Assembly (NCBI RefSeq): GCF_006345805.1
Contig: NC_043004.1
Location: 56,916,001-56,980,000, forward strand
Direction of reading: 5' to 3'
Length of the DNA stretch: 64,000 bases
DNA from: Octopus sinensis
Lineage: Eukaryota
A program made the translations under genes and the position numbers. Below the pieces are notes generated by a model that was not told the DNA's origin, did not search any database, and was given only the letters and a program-made list of their open reading frames with translations. Shown here in pieces: positions 11,741 to 26,462 of this stretch. Position 1 is the first letter of the stretch. Each line of letters starts with the position of its first letter.

Positions 11741-12141
11741 AAGTTTACAGATTGTGAAAGAGTTTGTGACTAGAATTATTTTGTTGTTATTCTCCTCATT
11801 TTCATCACCAAATTAAAGACGTTTCTCCTCATCAAATTTCTTAAGTTTTTTCTCTCTTTTGTTGCTCATTCCATTTCTTAAAAGAAAAAGTCGTTACTTT
11901 AATTCAGCTAACCAAACTATGCATAAATATATATGTTTATGTTATGTTACAAAAATACAATCTCAAGAGACAGAAAAATTGCAATCACTAAGATTCAAAC
12001 ACAATAGGACTCAATTATCTAAATATCTGTCTTTCTCTGTCTGTTTATCTATTTAAATATCTGTCTATTTATTTTTCTATCTATCAATATGTCTAAATGT
12101 CTGTCTGTCTATCTATCCATCTATCTTTCAACATTATCTAT

Positions 12142-12176
<35 letters not shown>

Positions 12177-12202
12177 TACACAGCAACACGCTCACACACA
12201 CA

Positions 12203-12233
<31 letters not shown>

Positions 12234-13200
12234 CTCACATTCAAGCAAATATATTGAAATCATGACTATGTTCATTGAAGATTATTCATACTCCCTTATT
12301 AATCTTTATAATGCTTTCTTTGCAAACATTTCCAAAACATTTAGTCTGATGTTACGAGACCTTTATAATCTCATTTTCAAATGAATCAATTGTAATGAAG
12401 TATTTGCGGTGCGTTTTGCCGTAAAACACACATACACACACACACACACAAAACACACATGCTAGTAATAAAATTGCATAACAGTAAATATTTGTATACG
12501 TCATGGTAATATGGCGTACTTGTGTTTACGCGTCGTTATTAAGTTAAGCTTGTATTTTGTATTCACAGTACTTCCTTACTATTACTTTCAACAAATGGTT
12601 CCCTATCCAATTTATTTTTAATTGCCTAATAAACGAGTGTCTTGTATCCAGCTTATAAATGCATGGTCAACCGACGAGAAATCATCGTAACTGTGCTTCC
12701 ATTGTAAGAATTAGAATGAAAATATACAACCTGTTGCTATTGAAATTTGTAAACTATATTCAGTGTTTGAAGCGCACGTTGTCACTTATTTACTTGTGGT
12801 TTTATGTTAAAAGGAGAATTTTCATTTTGCTGTTACTGGAATATAATATACCAACGGTTTTAGGGCTATATATTGCAGACTGTGTTCTGTTTTATGAGTT
12901 TTCTTTCATTGTCTACTCATCCAATTTATAAGTAGAGTTTTTTTTAGCAGAGTAAATTCGGTTACTGTTGTGTAATTTATATGTGATTTGTGTATTTCTG
13001 TGATTGCTGGTTCTTTTGTACCAGTGAGGTTGATTTATTGTCGAATTATTGTGTAACCTGGTATTCTAATCTCTCAACATCATCCGTTATTATTATGTAA
13101 CTGGTTTCACTATTCAAGTCTTCTTTAGCGGATGAAATTTAAAATATTTTTAAGGTATAAACAGAGATGCTATCAGTGTTAATTTCCTTCTTATGTGTAT

Positions 13201-13233
<33 letters not shown>

Positions 13234-14312
13234 CATAATCTATTTAATCTATTGTCTCGGTATGTATGGGGGCTAGGACAAAAATACAAATCGCATTCCA
13301 ATCTACGCACCTCTTGTGCTGTCTTGTTCCTGCCCACCACTACGAAACTCTATAAAATGATTAAAATTCCCCACAAAGGAATTATTTTGATTTGAAAACC
13401 CCACTAGAATGGGAGAAAGCGTTAATGATCTGAATGATATGATCTGAATGATATGATATATATATGTAAAAAATGTAATATATAAATATATATCTGTAAA
13501 TATGAACCATCCGATCTTCTGATTACCTCATTTCTTCTAATATATATATATATAATATAAATTGGACATTGTCTTAAGGTTCACAGCCAAACGGCTGGGT
13601 GGATTCGCGTGTAAAATGGCACACGTGTGGAGACGGGTGCGTAAATTGGAATGCGATTTGTATTGTTTTCCTAGCCCCCATACATACCGAGACAATAGAT
13701 TAAAACTTTTCCTAATGAAATTCCCCTGTTTCTTCCGCCATTAAAACAACCAGTTGCTCACACAGACGGCATATACCATTTCGCTAGCAACAAGGGGAGT
13801 ACAGGATGACAATCAACCAAAATTTCGCTATGCTGTCTCTCTTACTACGTACAAATACGTCAATCATCACAACACACACCTTCACTCACTCTCTCTAACT
13901 CCTTTTCTCACCCTGTTTCTCTCTCACATACACATACGAAAGTGCGCGCGCACACACACACACGTCCATCTCATATATCTTCTTTCAATTTCTGCTCTCT
14001 GCAAATAAATTTTTTACGGATACAATCGTTCACAAAAATAGGGATTAATGTATAATTTATTTCTATGTTCATAATTAAATCAATGTTTTGATGGTTAGAC
14101 AGAGGTCCAAGAGAATAGCTCTCAGAAAAAGACGACGTAGAAATTCGTTCTTCACAACTCGTGAAGCTGTTTTCTGACAGGGGTGGGGAGGCAGAAATTT
14201 TTCATACAGCTGGAGGCTCCAATCGAAATAGGGGACCCAAAATGATAAGGTTGAGAAACGCTGTTATAGATTATGCCTAGCCGAAAACGATCACTGCTAG
14301 ATCATCCAGACA

Positions 14313-14340
14313 GCCCGGGTGAAACCGGGCCTAGCTGCTA

Positions 14341-14341
<1 letters not shown>
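14313..14341 (+). mobile_element. Helitron-like 3' terminus
   Basis: GC hairpin GCCCGG-GTGAAA-CCGGGC (14313-14330), then CTAG (14338-14341) followed by T of a (TA)n tract. Confidence 0.6.
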
Positions 14342-14424
<83 letters not shown>

Positions 14425-14555
14425 GTATGTAGTATGTACGTATGTATGTAGTATGTATGTATGTATGTATGTACGTATGTATGTTGTATGTATGTATGTA
14501 TGTATGTATGTATGTATGTATGTATGTATGTATGTATGTATGTATGTATGTATGT
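14342..14555. repeat. (TA)n then (TATG)n microsatellite
   Basis: Directly visible. Confidence 0.95.
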
Positions 14556-15046
14556 GTAAATTGAATAGTGTTACGATTTGAATTTACGTTAAAGCTACTT
14601 TGGATTGTAAATCTAAGGTAGAGTTATTTTCACGATTTAAGTCAATTGGTCACTATGAATAAGCCATTATCATATTTGGTGCAGATAGTGTGATCATGTC
14701 TATGAAAATAATGTTCTACTGTCGACACGGTAGCCTGCAGGAAATAAGGGGACTACTGAATTGCACCAAATATAAAGGTTTAATTAAGAATTTTGAAAAA
14801 TGTTTGATCACACATGAACATAATCGTGTTTTTAATATTTATTTAAAATGCAAGCTGTTCGCTATTTTGAAGTATTATGCATGGATACCCATACACACAC
14901 ATATATAGCCATACATACATGTATATTGATATATACCTTCATTTGTGTGTGTATATATATAAGTTCATTTATAGTTACGTACACAAAGATATTTATTTGC
15001 ACATGCATACATAATCATATATTTATATGTATATGTGTGTAACTGC

Positions 15047-15122
<76 letters not shown>

Positions 15123-16124
15123 GTGTGTGTATGTGGACATGCAGGCACACATATATGGTCATTGCGGGTGTATGCAATGCATGTGTACGTATGTATGCTC
15201 ATTTAAGAAAAAGTTTAAATACATGTCGAATAGAATGTTCTGACTACTAATTTAATGATACGGTTAGGCCAGCCAACACTTGGAGTTGAAAAGCTTTGAT
15301 CAGTGGTGCTTGCAAGTTTTTCCCTAGAAGTTAGAGGTTAAATTGATTGAAGTGTATTTAAGGTAACGTTAACATATTTAATGTGGAGAACATTAAATGG
15401 CTTACTAGAAATAACTAGACGGTGAATATAAAAACCACCTTCATCCATGACTAATATTATCGTATTTATTCCACAAATACAAGTGACAACGCTGAACTTT
15501 ATTGTTGTTGGCAAAGTAAAAGACTCACTACGTAAAACCACCAGGAACATGAATATATTTGGACTTCTAAGATATCTGAGGCATTTTAGAAATGATGAAT
15601 GTTATTACAATGCTAGAGAAATTGTGGTAAAGTACTTGTTGGATATTGTATTTATGTATTAAGTTTTATACATGACAAGGACCAATACTACGTTGTTTTT
15701 CGAACTGAATTCGATAATATTAGCACAGTCTAATAAATTTCTTGATATCGAAAAAATAAATAGATTTTGTAACGGTAAGCAATAGAAGTAGACCAATATT
15801 TGTGGTCTAATCCTAACCGCTGTTAAATCTTACTGTCATCAATAGCTTACACGTTCATTACAAGTTCTTTTATTGCACTCAAACGGAATGACAATATAGG
15901 AAATGCATTCAAACGTCCACAGATTTTAGCTTTACCAAATTTTCATGTAATAACATACTGTATCAGCAGCGATTGAAATATATAGTACAGCTGAATAGGC
16001 TTGCGCGGCATGAAACTGAAGTCTCACATCAAAGAACAAAATACATAAACCAGTGCCAGTGTTGTATCCACGGACTTTTAATCATGATCCTAACACCCTA
16101 TCAGTTAGAACTCATGATTACACA

Positions 16125-16168
16125 TAATAATAATGATAATGATGACGATGATGATTGCGATAATAATA

Positions 16169-16234
<66 letters not shown>

Positions 16235-16330
16235 AAATGATAATGATGATGATGATGATGATAATAATTATAATAATAATGATGATGATGACGATGATGC
16301 TGAAGATGATGATGATTATAATAATTATAA
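16125..16330. repeat. (AAT)n/(GAT)n trinucleotide tract
   Basis: Directly visible. Confidence 0.95.
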
Positions 16331-16339
16331 TGCTTTCTT

Positions 16340-18280
16340 TATCAATCAGTATGGGTTCGTGAAAGGATAAAATGTTTGTCAAATAAAGGCATGTAAGTAG
16401 TAAAATAACGGAAAAACACCCCAAATATTTCAAAGAAGAAAGAGTTCTCCCAGAAAGGGAGACAACTGATGACTGTTCGCGAATTTCAACCTCCCCATCC
16501 TCCCCAAAACCAAACACACAAAAAAACAAGAAAAACATTCACTCTGACTACTATAGTAATACCCGCCAACATCTTCGTTCGTGATGCCCGTTTACTGGGA
16601 CTGTGACATCACTTTCATCACAGTTTCAAAGTTTCCTAGAAGGCAAAACTTCCCACTCTTACTTCCCTTCTTTCTATTTATTTCCAACTCCCAAAAGGGA
16701 GGGGTCTGTCTTCAACCCTTTCAGTCTTACCGTTCGTGATGCCCGTTTACTGGGACTGTGACATCACTTTCATCACAGTTTCAAAGTTTCCTAGAAGGCA
16801 AAACTTCCCACTCTTACTTCCCTTCTTTCTATTTATTTCCAACTCCCAAAAGGGAGGGGTCTGTCTTCAACCATTTCAGTCTTACCGAATGCATAAGTTC
16901 TTTCGCTAAGTTCTGCCGACTGCCATACGAAGGATATCTGTTTTTCCTAGCCTAAAGAAGGCGGAGGCGCGATCTTAACAATGCATGAAACTCGGTCAAG
17001 CTTGGATAATGACACTTTCTAGACTGTAGAGCTTGCCTCGAAATAGCAGTGCCATCTGGCAGCACTATTACGGTAGAGATCTCTTGAGAGCATCGATGGG
17101 CCTCTGAAGGTTCACTGGAAGAAAACAATAAGTTGATTCTCGTGGACGACCTGTGTCCCTGTGACGACGTCGTCGACCTACCTTGCATCTAACACATTGT
17201 AGAACGCGAAAATGGAAATTACACCAGCTACTCTGCCCGACAGATCGGAAATTGTGAGCGCCTGACGGCGATCTAGGTGTTTGGGGGTTCCGTATGGTTT
17301 TACGTTTGATCCAGGACTGCACATCTGTCGAAAAGAGGAGCTGTGAAAAGCGAGTCTACCAAACAGCGACCACACCTTCTCATTCTAAAAGGAGTCGCTG
17401 GAATGAAACCGTCTCATTGCATGTATGTGCACCACTAGACACAGTATATCCCGCCCTCCTCTTAGCAAGTATTGACAACAAAGGAAGCATCTAACCAGTG
17501 GTTTGAGTCTCCTCCACAGAAAGTAGAAGAGCAGGGTTCCCAGTTCGGTACGACAGAACCTGAGGCAACGAATGGCGGCCAGACATTAATATATAAAGGA
17601 AGTGATGCAAGCTTCACCACGTCTGCCTGACCTTTCAGGAATGACTTCTCCCAGCCATGATCCTCACCTTATCCACTTTATTCCAACATAGATTTCGGAC
17701 AAATTGAACGATGACTCTTGAAGCTGCTGGAAAGCACGATGTCCCCTCACGAGATACCGAAATGCAGACACACTGACGTTTCGTAGTTCAATGTTTCTCC
17801 TACTACAGTCTCGTAAATTTTGCTTTATTTCATTGCCGATCACCTACACTATGTTTGTCTTGTCGACTGCGTGTGTTGACATGGCTTCCCCATATTCTAC
17901 TGTACCTGGGAAGTCCCTCAACTTCTCTTGTCTTTGCAGTAGTGGTCCAAGACTCAGATCATACTCAAGAGATGAGACATTAGCCGAATTGTTTCGACTG
18001 TGGGGTATCTAATCGAGCAGATGTAGTTTGATATTACAGTGGTCCAACTGCGGAAGACAAGACTAATACTGGTAGCTGCCAGGACATCCGCCAAATATTG
18101 TCGAAAGAAAACAGCGATACCGACTTCCAGTTCCGATCTACACGCAGATTTCTACGCACATTATCCGCGTAAAATGTGCGTGAAATGTGCCCCCACATCC
18201 ATATTAAATCTAGGTCATTGAGCAGTAAGGCCCTCCTTCTACGGCAACCTCTGGACATGAATGTATTCTACCTATTCACA
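16340..18280 (-). mobile_element. Heavily decayed L1/Tx1-like LINE ORF2 (RT to C-terminus) with probable 3' UTR
   Basis: Minus-strand pieces in the expected order: GEAMSTHAVDKT (degenerate SAYADD, 17862-17873), ELGTLLFYFLWRRLKPLVRCFLCCQYLLRGG (about 17450-17546), AKELMHSVRLKWLKTD and EWEVLPS (16.8-16.9 kb), the last homologous to the 7.5-kb copy. Many stops and frameshifts. Confidence 0.7.
16576..16887. repeat. 155-bp tandem duplication inside the L1/Tx1-like element
   Basis: 16576-16730 and 16731-16885 differ at one position (AACCCTTT vs AACCATTT). Confidence 0.95.
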
Positions 18281-18379
18281 GTAAGGCTATGATAGATAGA
18301 TGATGGAAGAGGGGCTCCTTTACATTATTCATTTGGAGAAATAGATATTCCATTCCCTAGACTTGTCGTGGGTGTTTCC

Positions 18380-18560
18380 ACAAACAGATCTTTTATATTT
18401 TTCTTGAAGTTTCCAAATCCATTTGGATAATAATTTAAAAAATGTTATATGTGTGTTGTAACATTTGAATGATTGTTACGTGTGTGGAAATGTTAATAGT
18501 TAATGTAACATAGTCATTGCGTGTGGTTGATGTATGTCATCCCTTATTTTGTATTGCTTG
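18380..18560 (-). mobile_element. Possible very old Penelope-like GIY-YIG remnant
   Basis: Minus-strand LSKWIWKLQEK resembles the LAKYVWELKEK motif of the 30-kb Penelope fragment; little other support. Confidence 0.25.
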
Positions 18561-19199
18561 GATTTATGACTGTATATGTAATTTGCTGTTAGCTATGACC
18601 GTGACGTCTTTGACCTTGTCGTTTTAAGTGATGTTCAAGACTTGTTTCATGTGTCTCATTGTGTATGCATGCAGTTGTTTTTACCCCTTTGCCATATTTT
18701 GCATTTCAATACGAACACAACAAAGAGGGTGTACAATTGTATTGCTCAGTATAATTTACAATTCATTTTCATCGACATGAGCACGCTGTCCACAGTCACA
18801 TCTTTGAAGACTGCGAATAATGAGTTGTAATATCAGCTGATCAGTCGACTTCATTTCCAGGAATAGAGGCAATTAATAAGGACATAAAATTGGATATGAA
18901 TAAAAAAAAGTTAAAGAAATATACTAAACAAAAAAAGGATAATAATGCTGTGTGACTCTTCAGAATGAGACGTTTCATATTCAGCTGGCAGCAAATCCTT
19001 TCAATTCCAGATCAACAAAAAAGTAACGTTCCTCCTTGCTTTCAAAACAGGCCTCGCCTTTTCGGAACGGTGGGAATTGATCTGTAGAGTTGACCCCACT
19101 TCAGCATTTTTCAGATACAAAGTCTTATATCTATTTAAATGTGTTCGTATATACATATATACATGTATACATATATACATACATACGTTTGAGCGCGCG

Positions 19200-19203
19200 A
19201 GTG

Positions 19204-19240
<37 letters not shown>

Positions 19241-19333
19241 ATATATATATATATACATATATACATGTATATATATATACATGTATATATATATTATATA
19301 TATATATGTATATATATATATATGTATATATAT

Positions 19334-19366
<33 letters not shown>

Positions 19367-19461
19367 GTATATATATGTATATATATATATATGTATATAT
19401 ATATATGTATATATATATGTGTATATATATATATATGTATATATATGTGTATATATATATG

Positions 19462-19493
<32 letters not shown>

Positions 19494-19500
19494 CGTATAT
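19200..19500. repeat. Degenerate (TA)n/(TATG)n tract
   Basis: Directly visible; source of YIYI ORFs. Confidence 0.95.
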
Positions 19501-21147
19501 CGGACACAAATTCTCGCAGTAGGGCAAAGGCTAGATATTATGTGAATATCATCTGCTCATTCTCACAAATAAAACATGGCTAATGGCTAAATTTCTTTTC
19601 ATACATTTTATAGTTCGATTCACTTCTATTTCTTCTCTTTCATTATGGCTAAAATCTAATGTTACAATTTAGTCATTTTTTTTCTCCTTTTTTAATAATT
19701 TATATGTGTTTATATCAGACAGAATCTTAAAATAAAGATATGAATAAATGGTGTACGCTTTATGGGTAAAAAATAATTTTTGTGCACTCCATATAACGAA
19801 TCTGATTTTACTAGAATTTTTTCCTTTGGAAATGTTTATATCAAAGGATTATTTCCAATATAAAAGTGTGTCAGAAGGAAAATAAATAAATACCAAACAT
19901 AAATAAGGATATTTATGTTTGCTTATGCGTTATTGGAAGTTAAAAATGTATTAAAAGAATATTCCTGTGCTAAATGTTGTTTGAGCGTTGATATGAATAT
20001 AAAAGAAAATACTGCTCTCTCTCTCTCTTCCTCTCACTCCCCTCTCTCTCCATCTCCTTGTCCCTCTCTGCCTCTCTTTTTACACACTCACACACATGCA
20101 CACACAAGCACACAAAGAAACATAGGCAATCTCGCACACGTACTCATCCACATACACGCACTCATAAACGTACATGCACACATACACATTATTCACACAC
20201 ACCTGTATGTATAGAGAAATACAAACACAACCATATATGTATTTATGTATAAAAAAAGTAGACAACGATAAATGTATAAATATATCCATTAATTTATCCT
20301 CACATACCACTACACATTAATTTATATACGCGTGTGTATATACCCATGCATGTTTGGCGTATGTAGGTGTGCACAAGGAAGCATTTCACATATATATACA
20401 CGAATACACTATCTCGAATCAATATACACAAATATATATTTGTCTCCTCTTCTGTCTCTTTCTAGATCTGTCTCTCGTCCTCTATCACTTTAACTGTCTA
20501 TTCTACAATAACTCATAAACACGCATATTAAAACACATACATATGTGCAAGTGCGTGTGTGTGTGTGTATGCGCGTGTATCGTAAAGTTAGGTAGACAGA
20601 CAAACTGACAGGTAGGTAGATAGATAGATAGACTGAAAGAAAGAGAGAAGGAAGGAGACTGACAGAGAGAGAGAGAGAGACTGACAGATAGACAGAGACG
20701 GAGATAAAGAGAAATGGTGAAAGAAAGACGGAACATAATTGCCGAGTGATAGACAAACAGGCAGTGAGGCAAATAACACAAGATAAGATTTTATCTGTTT
20801 GTGCTGTGAAATAATTATTTAGATGCCATATGCGTAAATCAATTGGTGTTGATATAAAAATGCTATTCGGCTTCTTTAATCAATGTAATTAAAAATAACC
20901 AATCAATCAAATCTACAAACAAGCAAACATCATTAGTTGAAGCCAGCATTCATCAAATGTTTTGATGACAAGGTTATAGTATGACCTTTCGCTATCAAAA
21001 TGAATCGTAGCTACTTAGTTAATACTCACAGATGTACAGAGAGATATAATACAAACAGTTATGCCGACGGCTATAGACAACTAATAGATACGTATTAAAC
21101 AGCAGAAAATATTAGATGTATATAGCTCTAGAGCGAATAATATTAAT

Positions 21148-21300
21148 GGTTTCAAATTTTGGCCAAAGCCCAGAAAATTCGGTCTGAGAGTGTCAGTCGA
21201 TTATACCGACCCCCATTACTCAACTAGTACTGATTTTATGTGCACCAACAGGATGAAAATTAAAGTAGACATTTGGGGAGTGTGAGTGAACTCAGAAGGA
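21148..21300 (-). mobile_element. SINE family 2 fragment with GGTTTCAAATTTTGG-type tail
   Basis: GGTTTCAAATTTTGGC..AAG.CCAG...AGTCGATTATACCGACCCC...GAACTCAGAA as in copies at 30765 and 57672. Confidence 0.65.
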
Positions 21301-21302
21301 AA

Positions 21303-21556
21303 AGTATTTCGTCTGCCGTTACGTTCTGAGTTCAAATTCCGCCGAGGTCGACTTTGCCCTTCATCTTTTCAGGGTCGATAAATTAAGTACCAGTTACGCA
21401 CTGGGGTCGATATAATCGACTTAATCCGTTTATCTCTCCTTGTTTTTCCTCTCTGTGTTTAGCCCCTTGTGGGTAGTAAAGAAAAAGGTATTTCGTCTGC
21501 CTACACATTCTAAGTACAAATTCTGCCGAGGTCGACTTTGCCTTTCATCCTTTCGG
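21303..21556 (+). mobile_element. SINE family 2 (CORE-like), one 184-nt unit plus the start of a second
   Basis: GTATTTCGTCTGCCGTTACGTTCTGAGTTCAAATTCCGCCGAGGTCGACTTTGCC..., restarting at 21487. Confidence 0.85.
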
Positions 21557-22141
21557 GTGAGATAGAGAGACAGACAGAGAAACATGTGAGCTTGAGAAGA
21601 ACGGCCCCAATACAGGAGGATGCTTTATTTATCGCTCCCGAAACGATGAGAGGCAAAGTTGACGGCGTTATTTGAGCATTACTCATTCCACTCATTCATA
21701 GCGCTCACTACTGAATGGGCTGCAAAGTGCTGAATATCCTGACCAAATATATTGTATTATTTCATTGAACAGATTGACACTTTTATAAATTTTTAACCAA
21801 TATTTTATTAACAAATACCAGTTATGGTCCTTTTCTGTAGGTTTTCTCGAGTGCAGATAACGAATTTTCGTTTATAAAGTGCTTGATACAAATAATATTT
21901 TCTCTCTTGATCAATAAAATTTTCCATCCTAGCGAGTAATACATGTGCTTATACAACTGCCCTCGAGGCTGTCCGATCTGACTTCTTTGAATTACATTTG
22001 CTTACATATGACGTAATGTTCTGAGAGAATGCACAGTACATGTATATGCACACTCGACTCAAACAGTTACACACATACGTACATACATTATACGATTAAC
22101 AAGAAAAAATATATGTATATATATATATATACATGTGTATG

Positions 22142-22181
<40 letters not shown>

Positions 22182-22469
22182 CAGATACAGACACACACAC
22201 AAACACAGAAGGCATATTTGCCTGCTTACATAAGTAACCACCTGCCTATGAACTTTCCAATATGCCTACATACATTCATCATGCATGCGAAGAGAGTAAT
22301 ACTGTGCAAACGTTTCTCTCAAAGCATATTATATCACCAGGGAAATTTTAAATGTTGCTAGCAAACTACCGAACAGAAAATTATGCGAGTGAAACTTGAT
22401 GGTAGGCTAATGTTACAGAAATTCCACAATTAACAAAGCACTCCTCTCTCACCCAATTCAATTAATAAT

Positions 22470-22555
22470 CCTTTCTACTATAGGCACAACATCTCGGTGA
22501 AATACCGCTAAGCATTTCACTCGGTGTACTAACGATTTTGCCAGCTCGCTGCCCC
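22470..22555 (-). mobile_element. Internally deleted SINE family 2 copy (head joined to tail)
   Basis: CTTTCTACTATAGGCACAA (tail) is joined to AATACCGCTAAGCATTTC...AACGATTTTGCCAGCTCGC (head, reverse complement). Confidence 0.6.
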
Positions 22556-24496
22556 ACCCAACTGAATTAATAACTGTAGCAGATAGTTGTGGCTGGTGTT
22601 TCCACTTGGAACACAACTAGCTAAAACTCAAGAGGTGCATATGGCCAAAGGATATAGACCCATAGCATGCTTTGTAGGATGTTTAAATATATTCCTTCTA
22701 GAACACTGCAAAACACTTATTATCCGCTGTGTTTCTCACTCATGAGTTAAAGAGTCCCTTCACCTTATTTAGCTTCCAACTGCTACAATCGATGCGATGA
22801 AGGAATTTACAACTACATGATGAACAGAGCTATCAATAAGGACTGAATGCTACTACTAGTGCCACTATAGTTCCTAAGAGAATTGGGTTATCTATAGGAA
22901 CATTTCCGAGTGAAAGCTTATTTTCTTTGCTTTTATCTTGGCGGTGGCAACCTGGAAGCCAGGGATACATGATAGGACCATTATGATTATTCAAGTAATA
23001 TTGTGACACCGTGTAACAGAACTGGTCAAGTCATTCTTGCAGGATATGGAAAAGGAGTTTGATCAAAGTCAGTGATCTTATTTATTAGTCATACGAGGGA
23101 AGAATATCAACCAAACAATGAATATTGATAATAACATCCTGTATATCTCCTCATTCACTAGTGTTGAATGTTATAAATGCGGATGAACTTACGAGAATAT
23201 TGTATATGTTTGTAGTGTGAGTAAAGCTACACTGACAAAAGATTACTTCAGCATATTTTGGATGATATCGGAGTCAAAGTTGTTTGAAAATTATGAAACT
23301 CCATTCTACAACACTTTCGCAGCACCAATATCTGGGATACTAGACTAGACTTTTGAAGTAATTTGCATCTAAGGTGTCAGGGTTAGGGCGATATACTAAT
23401 AACGACTGGTATCTTCGATATTACCAAAACTAGGACCTTCTTAGCATTTTGATCATATTTCAGTAAACTACACACTCACACACACACACACAAACACACA
23501 CACTGTCACGAATACACACACACACGCACTATCTCTCTATCTTTCTCTCACACACATACATACTTATACCTACAAACACATACACTTATACATACATATT
23601 CATGGCCACACTTACACAAACATAAATTCGTGGATATACGCATACACGAAAGTGTATGTATACGTACAAGTAAACAGTCGGATACGGCGTACGACAAAAA
23701 TTAGAGGAAAAAAACTTAAATTGAAATAATTATTTATACTATGAACAAACATACAATAGGAGAATGGACACTTAAACAGCGAAAAATAGACACACTTTAT
23801 AGATTCCTATGAGTAATTCTAGGCGCTGAGATATTCGTACACAAACGCATAAATTTTTGCACACATACGCACAAACGCACACAACAACATTACAAAAAAA
23901 AGACCAAAAGTAAAAGAAATATAGAAATAATCTGGACATATAACATTGCTTAGAGAGGAAAATATTTCTTTATAAATATGCACATACACAGAATAAGTAT
24001 TAAATGCAAATACAGAACTGATGAAACTAGAGAGATGCAAACACACACATACATACAGTCATACTCGTAAACACATACGAAGAAATAAGTAAGCCTGTAT
24101 GCGAGCACAAACATAAAGACGAATGCTACACATACAGACAGACAAGCCATTTTCAAAGTCTATATATACTGGAAATATCAATTATATTACCTCTATTATG
24201 TGTTTTAAGCAGAGGTTGGCGATAGAGCTGATACAGTTGATAAGATGGCTGTGAATGATGCTACACAGGTCATTACTTATTGCTCCGTAGTTCAAGACAT
24301 AGCTATCTCTATACTTATTTCTATTCATAGCTTTCTGTAACGTCGATATATATTATTATATTTTAGTGACATACAGAACTGGTGTTAGCAGAATGATGTG
24401 TGTTACTTGGTAGAGCTCAGTGCATTGAGTTACTGGTACGTGTTTCATCGGTCTCCAAGCAGTGATTTTCCAAAAGTGATTTCGATGTCTGAATAT

Positions 24497-24813
<317 letters not shown>

Positions 24814-25191
24814 TCTCTCTCTATATAAACGGCAGTTTGTCTGTGCGTTTTCTGTGTGCTGTTTTCTCGTACCCTCACCCTGACCACGGCTTCAACCGAT
24901 TCTGATGAAACTGACACACACATAGCCCAATGTCATAATTCAAAAATAACGCAGCGAAAATTTGAAAAGTTCCCCCAGTTCTGAAAAAAATCGATAAATT
25001 CGACATGGGTCGAGAATAAAAAAAAAAAACCACAGACTGTCTAGGGGACGCAACTCAACCTTTTATTACTCTCAAAAAAAAAATTTACCATCATTTTTTT
25101 TCCCTTTTTGCTATTTTTTGGCTATAACTCTCTAAAAATGCTTTATATTATTTCCCTTACAAACCTGAGCAACGCCGGGCGATACTGCTAG
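24814..25191 (+). mobile_element. Non-autonomous Helitron-like element
   Basis: 5' TC, 3' GAGCAACGCCGGGCGATACTGCTAG; A|TC...CTAG|T insertion without TSD; homologous to 28457-28809. Confidence 0.8.
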
Positions 25192-25194
25192 TAG

Positions 25195-25517
25195 ATATAT
25201 AAATACATATATAGATATATAAATACATATATAAAATTATAAACATATATAAATATAAATACATATATATATATAAATACATATATATATATATATATAA
25301 ATACATATATATATAAATACATATATATATATTAAATACATATATATATTATATATAAATACATATATATATATAAATACATAATATTATATATAAATAC
25401 ATATATATATATATATACATAATATATATATACATATATATATATATATACATATATATTATATATATATTACATATATATATATACATATATACAATAC
25501 ATATATAATATACATAT

Positions 25518-25580
<63 letters not shown>
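25195..25580. repeat. AT-rich low-complexity tract with repeated ATATAAATACAT units, then (TA)n
   Basis: Directly visible. Confidence 0.9.
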
Positions 25581-26462
25581 TGTACATGTGTGCGCACGTA
25601 ACTTCTATGTGAATGTACATACACACACACACACATGCACACATGAACATTATAGAAACGCACATATGCTTACACATAATTACATACATATACACGTACA
25701 TAAGTACATAAATACAGAAATAAGGAGAAAGTGAAAGAGAGTGAGAGAGGGGGTGGGGTGGAAATGAGCGAGGGTGTAGAGAAGTTCATGGCTATTTTGT
25801 TCAACATTTCGCAACTATTTTACCAAAGTCTGTGCTTGATGCAATTTATAAATAGACATATGCATCGAAATAGAACGTATTGTATAGCGTTTGGTATTGA
25901 ATAAATGAGGCAATCACAAGTCGTCAGCTGGGCAACTGGGACACATATAAAAATGGTTTATGGGTTATAATCAGTGCCAATGTAATTCATGGTATCGAAG
26001 TAGCCAGACTGAGAAATTTACTACCTTCTCCTAGCGAGAAATATATCAAGAAAAGAACTGTTCTTGATGTGATCATTAAGGGTCTGAAGAAAATGGTGGA
26101 AATCAAAACGTCTCAAGGAAATTGAAGTTGAAACATGTAGTAAAGATGTTATGATGGTGAAAATACTAAATAAATCGATAAAAAATATGAATATAAATAT
26201 GAAGTACGCACATATAGACACACAAAGATGCATAATCATATACAAATACATAAACACAGGGAAACACACACAGATAGAAACACATACAGATATCATACAC
26301 AGACATACACAGACATGCAAACACATATATGCAGTTACACAAACATGCTTATACATGCGTTTAGAACTTAGCGCACCATCCACGTCCAGTCATCCTTGTT
26401 TCAGAGATATACTGAATTAAGCAGCTCTAATCTCACAGGATATTCCTTGCATCCTATGATAT

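Noticed and set aside
14672-14773. 12-bp inverted repeat ATATTTGGTGCA/TGCACCAAATAT as a pre-miRNA or MITE
   Set aside because: The 78-nt interior does not extend the pairing and there is no TSD or second copy.
22600-23400. Possible decayed retroelement with CYKCG..E zinc-knuckle-like motif
   Set aside because: Only one partial motif among many stops; no ordered domain series.
25900-26130. About 75-codon stop-free frame (NEAITSRQLGNW...)
   Set aside because: No recognisable motif or splice pair; frames this long are expected by chance in 64 kb.
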